From the NCBI RefSeq assembly GCF_902713615.1, contig NC_052157.1, positions 10,154,566 through 10,218,565 on the forward strand: a DNA stretch of 64,000 nt, written 5' to 3'. Below the pieces are notes generated by a model, which did no database searches, was not told where the DNA came from, and worked only from the letters and a program-made list of their open reading frames with translations. Positions 51,468-62,412 of the stretch are shown piece after piece (the stretch's first letter is position 1; every line of letters starts with the position of its first letter). The translations under genes were made by a program, and so were the position numbers. The DNA is from Scyliorhinus canicula. Its lineage: Eukaryota.

Positions 51468-51729
51468 GTACTCACTTTTGTAACACAGATATGGAGATTG
51501 AGCAGAAAGCTCACTTGATGAAAGCTCCCATGTGGCACAGTGGTCCAAATGGCTTCCTATATCAAAGTACCAGTGATTAGTTAAATCTGGATAATGGTGT
51601 GGTCGTGGAAATTCTTTTCACCTTTTGGCTCTAGTCCACAGTGCACTGATGAGATAACAGTTTGTTGACTTCACCAGAGTGCACTGATGAGATAAAAGGT
51701 TATTGACTACAGGACCGACGTGAAATGTG

Positions 51730-52030
51730 GCATAAGAGTGGCACAGTATTTCGCACTGCTGCCTCACAGCTCCAGGGCCCCAGGTTTCAATTCCAGCCTT
51801 GGGTGACTGTGTGGGGTATGCCCGTTCTCCCCGTGTCTGCGTGGGTTTCCTCCGGTGCTCCAGTTTCCTCCCACAGTCCAAATATGCAGGTTAGGTGGAT
51901 TGGCCATGCTAAATTGCCCCTTAGTTTCCAAAAGGTTAGGTGGGGTTACGGGGGTAGGGTGCTCTTTCCAAAGGCCAGTGTGGACCTGATGGGCCGAATG
52001 GCCTCCTTCTGCACTGTAAACTCTGAAAGG
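51730..52030 (+). mobile_element. Type A V-SINE
   Basis: V-domain and tail gatgggccgaatggcctccttctgcactgtaa. Confidence 0.85.
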
Positions 52031-52281
52031 GAATGCTATTACAAACCAGGCTTGCACTTGTTTCTATCCAGGAAGTGAATGAACACTAATTAAAATGCTG
52101 GTCCAGTAGTTTCCCACCCTCCTTAAGCAAGTAAGAAAATGATTGGATCCAAGACCTACAAATCCAGCATTGTGTGTTGTCGTATTCTTGACACTGACCC
52201 ATGAGGCAGAAGCACGTGAACAAAACTGAAACACTGACAGGAACAGTAGACTTCTTCCAGTAAGATGGTCTAAAACCCTCT

Positions 52282-52282
<1 letters not shown>

Positions 52283-52317
<35 letters not shown>

Positions 52318-52337
52318 GGGGTTGGGGGGGGGGGGGG
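52283..52337. repeat. (GT)17 microsatellite followed by G-runs
   Basis: Read directly. Confidence 0.95.
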
Positions 52338-52874
52338 AAGAGGCGAAGGGGAGAAGCAACAAGGAATCACTACGATCAATTGAAACAAATTAATCTTGTT
52401 TGTGTTTTAACAGGCTGCTGTATTGCTTTTGCGGCTTAGTGCTTTTTTGTTCTAAATGTCTTCTGCAATCCGGTTTGGTGGTAGTTAGCATTATGCCAAG
52501 AAAATAGTTTTGACCACAAATTGTTACCTCCTGCTAAAATTGGATGGTAAAACAACACAATTTATATCTCGAAAATAAACTGTTACGATAGCCGTTATAC
52601 CCAGTGTTCGATTTGCTTTTGCAGCTGTCTGAATCTCAAACTTTTTGAGGTGTAAGATTAGCAAAATCAGTGCACTATTCAAAAATGTGTGGAATCATGA
52701 AGTGGAAATGTAGTGAAGTTTCAGACAACAGGATTTTCGTTTAATTGAATGTACTAGGTAAAGGAGTAAGGAACTTTATATATGTCACCTCTGTGTTGAA
52801 AATAACCCAAAAACGTGTTCTTGGAAATAGTGATTGGTAACATTGTGATGAGGATTTAAAAGCCTATAGATTTG

Positions 52875-53410
52875 TTTATTTATTCATGATATATGGGTTT
52901 TGTCAATATTTATTATTCATTCCTAATTGGCCTTGAGAAGGTGGTGGTAAGCCATGGCCTTCAACTGTTGCAGACCATGTGGTGAAGATGGCCTAGCCAT
53001 ACAAAAACTGTGGCTAGAAGAGCAGGTCAGCGGGTAGGAATACTGAAGGGCTTTTCACAGTAACTTTATTGCAGTGTTAATGTAAGCCCACTTGTAACAC
53101 TAATAAAGATTATTATGTTTAACTCATCACCAAAGTTTGTCTACAATCTGCAAGGCGCAACTCAGGAGTGTGATGGAATACTCTCCACTTGCATGGATGA
53201 GTGCAGCTCCAACAGTACTGAAGAAGTTTCACTATCCGCTGGGTCAAAATCCTAGAATCCCTTCCTAACAGCACAGTGGGTGTACCTACACCACATGGAC
53301 CGCAGCAGTTCAAGAAGGCAACTCACCACCACCTCAAAGGCAATTTGAGATGGGCAATGAATGCGTGTCCAGCTGGTTATGGCCACATCCCTTGAATGAA
53401 AAAAAAAAGA
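52875..53410. mobile_element. Jumbled fragments of the second LINE family in both orientations plus a type C tail (about 53045-53118)
   Basis: Similarity to 3140-3780 and to the type C tail. Confidence 0.7.
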
Positions 53411-54134
53411 TAAACTCAGTTGGCTGGTTAGATGTGCCTTGGTTATATTTGTTACTGAGGTCAATGCCAGATAGTCTAACTGGCTTTATTCTTCAATCTT
53501 TTCATGCAACTGAGTGCTTTGTTAGGCCACTTCAGGAGAGTTAAGAGTCAGTCACATTGCTGTCAGTCTGCAGTTGCAATAGGCGCAGTTAGGTGGGTTA
53601 TTAATGACAATCGGATAGTTACATGGTTACCATTAATGTAGTATCTTATTCCAGATTTATTTAATTAACTAAGTTTAAAATTTCCCAGATGCCATGGTGG
53701 GATTTGAACTCCTGTTTTTGGGTCAAGTGCAGACCTTCAGATTATTATTCTAGTACCAACCATTCTGTTACTTTACCTGATTTGGGGGGAGATGAGTTGC
53801 TTAGTTTTGGAAGAGATTGAATTATAATAGGGCTATGACATTAAGCCTCTTTCAATATAAGGGAAGGGTCTCTTATCTGAATTTTAGGGGATGATGTCAG
53901 GAACAAAATGCACCTTCCAAGATTGTAAAGATGTAGCACAGTCTTAATTAACCATTGCAGGTTCATTTAATAAAATACATCTTGTACTTCTAACAGACAC
54001 AACTTGCTACACATAAACCAGCTGCAAATAAGTTTAAAGCAAATTACTGCGGATGCTGGAATCTGCAACAAAAGCAGAAAATACTGGACAATGGCAGCAG
54101 ATCTGACAGCATCTGTGGAGAGAGAAGGGAGCTA

Positions 54135-54450
54135 ATACATAGAACATACAGTGCAGAAGGAGGCCATTCAGCCCATCGAGTCTGTACCGACCCACTTTAA
54201 CACTCACTTCCACCCTATCCCAATAACCCCTCCTAACCTTTTTGGACATTAAGGGCAATTTATCATGGCCAATCCACCTCACCTGATCGTCTTTGGACTG
54301 TGGGAGGAAACCAGAACACCCGGAGGAAAACCACACAGACACTGGGAGGACGTGCAGACTCCGCACAGACAGTGACCCAGTGGGCAATTGAACCTGGGAC
54401 CCTGGCGTTGTGAAGCCACAATGCTAGCCACTTGTACTACCGTGCTGCCC
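54135..54450 (-). mobile_element. Type A V-SINE inserted into a Penelope-type palindrome (about 54035-54560); 4-bp duplication taat
   Basis: gggagctaat|acatagaac...gctgccc|ttaatgtttcgagtc. Confidence 0.88.
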
Positions 54451-54793
54451 TTAATGTTTCGAGTCTGGATGACTGTCAAAGCTTTGAGTGATCAAGCTCC
54501 CTTCTTTCTCCACAGATGCTGTGAGACTTGCTGCGATTGTCCAGTATTTTCTGTTTTTGTTGAGTACTAAATAAGTTAAATATCCAGCTTTATAATTGAA
54601 TGTGATGAAGCACAAGCGGTATGAAACTAGAACAGATACAGCCAAACTGATCATTTTACACCCCCCCCCCCCCCCCAACCGATCTACTTGCATGCATTCG
54701 CGCTCTCACACGCACTCTCGTACACAGTACTTGCCTAATATTTAATGCATAGATCAAGGTCTTGAAAATTTGGCCTTCAGCTGAGAGCCATGT

Positions 54794-55137
54794 GGGCAGC
54801 ACGGTAGCATTGTGGTTAGCACAATTGCTTCACAGCTCCAGGGTCCCAGGTTCGATTCCGGCTTGGGTCACTGTGCGGAGTCTGCACATCCTCCCCGTGT
54901 GTGCGTGGGTTTCCTCCGGGTGCTCCGGTTTCCTCCCACAGTCCAAAGATACGCAGGTTAGGTGGATTGGCCGTGACAAATTGCCCTTAGTGTCCAAAAT
55001 TGCCCTTAGTGTTGGGTGGGGTTACTGGGTTATGGGGATAGGGTGGAGGTGTTGACCTTGGGTTGGGTACTCTATCCAGGAGCCGGTGCAGACTCGATGG
55101 GCTGAATGGCCTCCTTCTGCACTGTGAATTCTATGAT
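54794..55137 (+). mobile_element. Full-length type A V-SINE, followed by an inverted type A tail fragment at about 55274-55410
   Basis: Head, V-domain, tail ctgcactgtgaattctatga. Confidence 0.9.
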
Positions 55138-55606
55138 AAATCTGGCTTAGCAATGGTGCCAGTACTGCAGAATGACCTTTTAGGCCCCTTTTTAAAACTC
55201 CCCAGTGCCAGACAAGTTGCATTGTTTCTGAACTCTCAATGGAAGTGAAATGTTAAAATAGGTTTGCCTCCGAATCTACAGTGCAGAAGGAGGCCATTCG
55301 GCCCATCGAGTCTGCACCGGTCCTTGGAAAGGCACCCTATCAAAGCCCACACCTCTACCCTAACCCCACAACCCAGTAATCCCACCTAACCTTTTGGGCA
55401 TTGAGGGGCTGTTTTGTGTCAAGTTAAGATTAAATAATCCATCTTTTTTTTCGCAAATGCGTTTCACTTTTTTCAAAGGAAAGATTAACAGTTGCTGAAG
55501 GAGACGGAAAAAAAGAAACTCACAGAGATGAAAATGCCCCAGTTTCCGACATGCGTCTTTGTTTCTCTCTCAAAAATACCAACAATTGGTTTGCTTTGTT
55601 CACTAG

Positions 55607-55769
55607 GCGCTTGTAAAAGCTTGTCCGAGCACAGACATTCATCCCAAGATAATAGAAAAGTGGAAGTGATTGATCTGACGCTGGACAGTTCATCGGAAGA
55701 GGAAGAAGAGGAGCCACCTGCAAAGCGGTACCCTTCGATCTCTTCTCCATCACCGTCCATCAATAAGGG
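55607..55769 (+). CDS. PIAS1: PIAS1 coding exon (exon 11), 163 nt, includes SUMO-interacting motif VEVIDLT and the Ser/acidic tract SSSEEEEEE
   Basis: KVEVIDLTLDSSSEEEEEEPPAKR in ORF 55492..55773; acceptor ctttgttcactag, donor gtaagc. Confidence 0.94.
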
Positions 55770-57218
55770 GTAAGCTTTGGATTGTGATCAGTCTGGTGAA
55801 GCTGTTTCTGTTTGCAATGGCCTTGAATGACGCACAAAAAAATCTATGATTTGATGGACTTTAAGCAATCTCCATTCATGGTCATTTGAAAACTGACAAC
55901 ATGCAGAACAAAATATATCTGCTTCTCCTTTCAGAACCATGATTTTTGGTGTATCCAGCAATCAGTATCTCCCTGCACTCTGGGATTCGCTTCCTATCTT
56001 TCTCTACCTTCTGAAGTCTTCACTCAATTTAAACTCTTGACTATAAAAAAGCAGAATACTGTACGGTGATGCTGGAATCTCAAACAAAAACAGAAAAATG
56101 ATCTCATGCGGACTGGAAACGTTAACTATTTTTCTCTCCATGGATGCTGCTAGATCTGCTGATTTTATCCAGTACTTTTATGTTTTTTTAAACTTTTGTT
56201 TTCCTGTTTGACTAGTTTCTAATTGTAGAGCACTGTGGGACAATTCGTATGTGAAAGGCAGTATATACATGTCAGTTTGTGGTGTTTTATTTCAGCATTT
56301 GAAGACCAAGATTGCAAAATGATTGTTTGGATGCAATGATTGTTGACAGTAATGGTCACTTGTTTTCAACCTCCAAGACTGTTATATTCTGTAAAACACT
56401 CTTGCATTTATTTTCTTAATACCTTCCCTTGAATTTTCTCTGAGCTCTTGAGTGTGCTTATTCGTGTTAAGTAAAGCTGCATGTCTCCTGCCCAAATGGC
56501 TGCCCTTCATGGTAAATCTAGGCAGCGATTGCAAGACTAAAGCTTCTGGAAATACAATTTGTTTTTCATTTAACTGTAATGCAAGTCTCTTCTAATATGT
56601 GTATGTTGAAACTGCAATCTAAAATCAGAATATTTAAATTATCCAAATAACCAGCTGGCTTTTTAGCTATCTATTTTAAACTTTGCTATGTAAACTTAAA
56701 AAGGATCAACGCCTGTTCCCATGGGATGATTCTAATCACTTACATTGGCTACAAAACTGAATTTGGGCAATGAATCTGTAGGACCCGTGAAGTTGTACTT
56801 AAGTGTCCACTTCCAAGGCAGGAGCACACACTTAACAATCAGCTTGTTTCCTTGCTCACAACTTCCTGATCTTTCTGTCATTCCTCGGTTACCCTCCCAC
56901 CTTTTTCTCTGCTCCTGAAAACACTGGCATACTCATAAGCTTCCACAAGCACCTGGCACCGTTTGTCCTTCGCCCAAGTGACCATGCTTTGTTTTACTGG
57001 ATGCTTGAGTGTTCCGCTACATTCGACAGGATCAAGTCTGATCAGGTCCCAATCCAGCATCCACTAAGGACAGATTATTGGCAAGTGAGCAGGAATATCA
57101 TCCTCAGTGGCACCAGTTAATTCATAAGTGATCAGAAATCAAACTTGCTTCTTTTTGATTTGTTACGATTTGTTAAAAATGAATTAGCTTGAACATCTAA
57201 AGTCTTTCCTGTATACAG

Positions 57219-57358
57219 GGTTTTAAACCTCCACCATCAAACGTCGCCGGTAACAAGAACTCCAAGCATACCGACCCTGGATACAAATTTTATCTCGGCT
57301 CCTTTTCAAGACTACCGTCATTCGTACCACTTGCCAACTCTGCCGTATGAACTGCAGG
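57219..57358 (+). CDS. PIAS1: PIAS1 coding exon (exon 12), 140 nt, (G)VLNLHHQTSPVTRTPSIPTLDTNFISAPFQDYRHSYHLPTLPYELQ(G)
   Basis: Not in the ORF track; manual translation aligns to PIAS1 ILSLPHQASPVSRTPSLP...QDYRH...PYDLQG; acceptor ctttcctgtatacag, donor gtaagc. Confidence 0.93.
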
Positions 57359-58125
57359 GTAAGCTACTTAATAGTGGTGTCTTCAACTGAGGCTTTGATG
57401 CTGAGAAATGAATTATTGACGCATTGGAGGTGTTGTAAGATAAGAGCAAAACAATACCAATTAACCAAAGTATCTGTAGAGCAATACAATTGTGAATCCA
57501 GAAAGTGCTTCAGTTGTGTTAACTTGTTTTTGTCACTCTAAATCCCCTCAATCTCGTGGAGTAAAATAAAAAAGTGGTCAACAAAAAACATGATTAGTTT
57601 GCGATTTGATTATCAAAAGCTGGTGTGATTCTTCGAAATGCATTGTTTGATCTTTAACACAGGTATCAGATATGTGGTATTCTCCAAATTTCTCCCTGCT
57701 CTTAAGCACGGACACTGGCTGCGGTCAGTATGAGCTCCCAGCAGTTGGCTTCCTCACTCAAGTTACCACTCTTCATGCGAGTCTAACTATTAGATTAATG
57801 GGCTAGCTCTTTGACTGTGCAGATCATCGCTGCAGGGTCCTGTTTGTGTTGCTGCACGGTTTCTGTTTTTGTTCTCATTGATTCCTGTTCTGGTCTCAAT
57901 TCAGTCCCTGACCTATTTACCCAAAGGCATTGGTGGGAAGCTTTGTAATCTAACTTTACTGTTTCCCAAGCCTGGCAGTACCGAGGTTAGCCATATCGTA
58001 CCCTAAATGCCACCTCCAACCAAAAGCTGAATCAAGAGACCAGGGATTCAAACCTGGGACCTTGCAGGTGTTGTGGGCTAATATAATCTCGTTTCCAACC
58101 CTCTATGTCAAGTTAGCCAGCAGGC

Positions 58126-58319
58126 GGGTTAGCCCTGCTGCCTCACGGCGCCGAGGTCCCAGGTTCGATCCCGACTCTAGGTCACCGTCCGTGTGGAGTT
58201 TTGCACATTCTCCCCGTGTTTGCATGGGTTTCACCCTCACAGCCCAAAGATCTGCAGGTTGGGTAGATTGGCCACACTAAATTGCCCCTTAATTGGAAAA
58301 CTCTAAATTTATTTTTAAA
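58126..58319 (+). mobile_element. Type B V-SINE with a perfect 16-bp TSD
   Basis: aagttagccagcaggc at 58110-58125 and 58320-58335. Confidence 0.9.
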
Positions 58320-58344
58320 AAGTTAGCCAGCAGGCATACAGAAA

Positions 58345-58515
58345 GAATTGCTTATTGTCACGAGTAGGCTTCAATGAAGTTACTGTGAAAAGCCCCGAGT
58401 CGCCACATTCCGGCGCCTGTTCGGGAAGGCTGTTACGGGAATTGAACCGTGCTGCTGGCCTGCCTTGGTCTGCTTTCAAAGCCAGCGATTTAGCCCAGTG
58501 TGCTAAACAGCCCCG
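58345..58515 (-). mobile_element. Short SINE, type D
   Basis: Reverse complement of the 37859/39864 element. Confidence 0.85.
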
Positions 58516-58604
58516 CAGTATAAGCTGTTTGGTACTGTATTGGTCATTTAGAAAGCAGAGAAATTCTGTTTGTGTAAATGGTGTCATATTTTCCAATATG
58601 ACCA

Positions 58605-60625
58605 ATATTTCCAACGAGGGAACAAGCGGTCCTAGATCTTGTCCTGTGTAATGAGACAGGATTGATTGATGATCTCATAGTTAGGGATCCTCTCGGAAGG
58701 AGCGATCACAATATGGTGGAATTTAAAATACAGATGGAGGGTGAGAAAGTAAAATCAAGTACTAGTGTTTTGTGTTTAAACAAAGGAGATTACAAGTGGA
58801 TGAGAAAAGAACTAGCTAAGGTAGACTGGGAGCTAAGACTTTATGGTGGAACAGTTGAGGAACAGTGGAGAACCTTCCAAGCGATTTTTCACAGTGCTCA
58901 GCAAAGGTTTATACCAACAAAAATGAAGGACGGTAGAAAGAGGGAAAATCGACCGTGGATATCTAAGGAAATAAGGGAGAGTATCAAATTGAAGGAAAAA
59001 GCATACAAAGTGGCAAAGATTGCTGGGAGATTAGAGGACTGGGAAATCTTTAGGGGGCAACAGAAAGCTACTAAAAAAGCTATAAAGAAGAGTAAGATAG
59101 AGTATGAGAGTAAACTTGCTCAGAATATAAACAGACAGTAAAAGTTTTTACATATATATAAAACAAAAAAGAGTGGCTAAGGTAAATATTGGTCCTTTAG
59201 AGGATGAGAAGGGAGTTTTAATAATGGGAAATGAGGAAATGGCTGAGGAACTGAACAGGTTTTTTGGGTCGGTCTTCACAGTGGAAGACACAAATAACAT
59301 GCCAGCGACTGATAGAAATGAGGCTATGACAGGTGAGGACCTTGAGAGGATTGTTATCACTAAGGAGATAGTGATGGGCCAGCTAATGGGGCTAAAGGTA
59401 GACAAGTCTCCTGGCCCTGATGGAATGCATCCCAGAGTGCTAAAAGAGATGGCTAGGGAAATTGCAGATACACTAGTGATAATTTACTGAAATGCACTAG
59501 ACTCTGGGGTGGTCCCAGTGGATTGGAAATTAGCAAACGTGACGCCACTGTTTAAAAAAAGGAGGTAGGCAGAAAGCAGGAAATTATAGGCCAGTGAGCT
59601 TAACTTCGATAGTAGGGAAGATGCTGGAATCTATCATCAAGGAAGAAATAGCGAGGCATCTGGATCAAAATTGTCCCATTGGGCAGATGCAGCATGGGTT
59701 CATAAAGGGCAGGTCATGCCTAACTAATTTAGTGGAATTTTTTGAGGACATTACCAGTGCAGTAGATAACGGGGAGCCGATGGATGTGGTATATCTGGAT
59801 TTCCAGAAAGCTTTTGTCAAGGTGCCACACAAAAGGTTGCTGCATAAGATAAAGATGCATGGCATTAAGGGTAAAGTAGTAGCATGGATAGAGGATTGGT
59901 TAATTAATAGAAAGCAAAGAGTGGGGATTAATGGGTGTTTCTCTGGTTGGCAATCAGTAGCTAGTGGTGTCCCTCAGGGATCCGTGTTGGGCCCACAATT
60001 GTTCACAATTTACATAGATGATTTAGAGTTGGGGACCAAGGGCAATGTGTCCAAGTTTGCAGATGACACTAAGATGAGTGGTAAAGCGAAAAGTGCAGAG
60101 GATACTGGAAGTCTGCAGAGGGATTTGGATAGGTTAAGTGAATGGGCTAGGGTCTGGCAGATGGAATACAATGTTGACAAATGTGAGGTTATCCATTTTG
60201 GTAGGAATACAGCAAACGGGATTATTATTTAAACGATAAAATATTAAAGATGCCGCTGTGCAGAGAGACTTGGGTGTGCTAATGCATGAGTCACAGAAGG
60301 TTGGTTTACAGGTGCAATAGGTGATTAAGAAGGCAAATGGAATTTTGTCCTTCATTGCTAGAGGGATGGAGTTTAAGACTAGGGAGGTTATGTTGCAATT
60401 GTATAAGGTGTTAGTGAGGCCACACCTGGAGTATTGTGTTCAGTTTTGGTCTCCTTACTTGAGAAAGGACGTACTGGCACTGGAGGGTGTGCAGAGGAGA
60501 TTCACTAGGTTAATCCCAGAGTTGAAGGGGTTGGATTATGAGGAGAGGTTGAGTAGACTGGGACTGTACTCGTTGGAATTTAGAAGGATGAGGGGGGATC
60601 TTACAGAAACATTTAAAATTATAAT
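58605..60625 (+). mobile_element. CR1 LINE ORF2 segment with few disablements, lacking both the 5' end and the 3' tail
   Basis: Consecutive ORFs 58662, 59173, 59594 and 60321 spell SDHN, KSPGPDG, QHGF, GVPQGSVLGP, FADD, RPHLEYC. Confidence 0.95.
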
Positions 60626-60958
60626 TCCGATTGTGAAAGACTGAATTTGTGAGCCAGTTCCACATGCACCATTGCCAAACCCACCTTTCTGCTCCCAATA
60701 GCACAGCCATAAACCGGGTATGAAATACTGTCAGGACAGGATGCTCTTACTAGTGTAAAGATGGGGAAGCTAACTTCCGGGCATTGGTGTATGGCGATCC
60801 AGGCTAAACAGATGTCAAAGCCTATAGTTACTTGACCTTATTCCCTGCTCAATAATGATGGAAATACGCTTGAAACCCAAAATCCAAAGTCTGATTGAAA
60901 TAAGGTCTTTGTAGATAAAATTTGTTCTAATATTTTACCGTTTCCCTTGTTCAAACAG

Positions 60959-60996
60959 GCTTAGACCTATTTCCCTTCTTACAAGGGGACAATCAG
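60959..60996 (+). CDS. PIAS1: PIAS1 short coding exon (exon 13), 38 nt, (G)LDLFPFLQGDNQ
   Basis: Matches PIAS1 GLDFFPFLSGDNQ; acceptor tttcccttgttcaaacag, donor gtatgt; phases 1/0 fit the neighbouring exons. Confidence 0.92.
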
Positions 60997-61196
60997 GTAT
61001 GTAACATGTCTGGACACTTTTACTATTGAAATCTTGAGGTTTTTTTTGTTACATCATGAATTTATCAGTGATTTGCATGTGTTTGTATTGGATTTTTCAT
61101 GAGCATTGTGATGTGTCAGTGGAAATTGATTTGGTTCTGATGCTTGATGCTAAATTTTAGAAGTTGAACTTAAATAAGACTTTATGGAGAAAACGC

Positions 61197-61272
61197 TAGG
61201 GTGATCATTGCTCGGCACAACATCGAGGGCCGAAGGGCCTGTTCTGTGCTGTACTGTTCTATGTTTCTATGT
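61197..61272 (+). mobile_element. Tail-only fragment of the 31100-type SINE
   Basis: tagggtgatcattgctcggcacaacatcgagggccgaagggcctgttctgtgctgtactgttctatg. Confidence 0.85.
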
Positions 61273-62103
61273 AATGAGGACTAGGCGATGAGAGAGTAGG
61301 CTACATCAACGAAACGCTTTGTACAGGGGTTATGTCACATGATGAGTAATCCAGACACCTGGATTATGAGCTCATTATGGTATCATGAGCTCAAATCTCA
61401 CCAAGGCAACTTGGGCAATAGAATTCAGTTAATTAAAGATGGAATAAAAGATAAGTTAAGGTCGACCATGTACCTACCAGTTATCATAAATAGTGATTTG
61501 GCTCACCAATGTCCTTTAGGGAAGAGAACTTTCTGTCCTTGCCCAGTATGGCCTGTGCGTGACTCCAGACACCCAGCAATTGTTAGCATTTTCCTCCCTC
61601 TGAAGTGGCTAAACAAGCCACTCTGTTGTCAAGAAGGCAGCTCACTGCCAGCAGTGAATGCTTGCTTTGCCACATCCCATGAACCTAATAGCCAGAGGTC
61701 ACTTGTCCACTATCTTAGTGAGGAAGAAGATTGGGGAAGGATAGCACTGAAGGGCATCATGTGAGGAACAATCGTAAATCTAGGATAGAGTAAGTTTGAA
61801 CATATAAAGTCAAGAAAATATTTGAGACTTGCTCTGTCTTGTGACAGATGCTAATTCTATTGCAAGTCGCATCAAGTAGCTAGTTTGTTAAATGGTTCAG
61901 GTGTGTTAAAGGTTGAATGTATTTAATTTTTTTCAAGGAAGGAAGCTGCTTTTTTGTGCAAACGTAAAGTATAATAAATGTCAATATTTGAATACTTGTG
62001 CATTGTAATTAGCCAGGGCGAGACTGAGATGAGTGGGAGAATTAATAAGCTTTCAAAGCCTCTCAATCTGTAATAATGTTCTGTGCTCTTGTTCTTACCA
62101 CAG

Positions 62104-62412
62104 CATTACAACACCTCCCTCCTTGCCGCTGCAGCGGCTGCAGCCAGTGCTTCAGAGGATCAGGACCTCATTCACTCCTCGCTCAACCGATTCTTCCCAT
62201 ACGGCTCTTCGCAAATGTTCCTGGAGCAGCCGAGCTCGTCGCCCGCCAACGCGCTGGCGGTAACAAACGGCGGCAGCAGCAGCGGGAGCAACAGCAGCCT
62301 AGTCTCCTCCAGCAGCTTGCGGGAAAATCTCGGACATCCTGGGGCTAACCGCAGCAGCGTGGAAAGCGGCAACCTCTTTGGCGCAATGCCAGACGTTATT
62401 TCATTGGACTGA
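62104..62412 (+). CDS. PIAS1: PIAS1 terminal coding exon (exon 14), HYNTSLLAAAAAAA...GAMPDVISLD*
   Basis: ORF 62083..62412; HYNTSLLAAAAAA and C-terminal PD(I/V)ISLD are PIAS1-type; acceptor ttcttaccacag. Confidence 0.97.
   Translation, partial: HYNTSLLAAAAAAASASEDQDLIHSSLNRFFPYGSSQMFLEQPSSSPANALAVTNGGSSSGSNSSLVSSSSLRENLGHPGANRSSVESGNLFGAMPDVISLD

Noticed and set aside
6127-58280. Many 60-120 aa ORFs with recurring peptides (SLHVLPVSAWVSSG, GHCLCGVCTFSP, DCGRKPEHPEET)
   Set aside because: Chance translations of V-SINE copies in different frames.
6044-58319. tRNA genes at the gggcagcacggtggc...ggttcgattcc sequences
   Set aside because: They continue directly into the V-domain and are SINE heads, not stand-alone tRNAs.
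16193-62412. Assignment to PIAS2, PIAS3 or PIAS4
   Set aside because: [38 protein letters not shown] and HYNTSLLAAAAAA are PIAS1-type.
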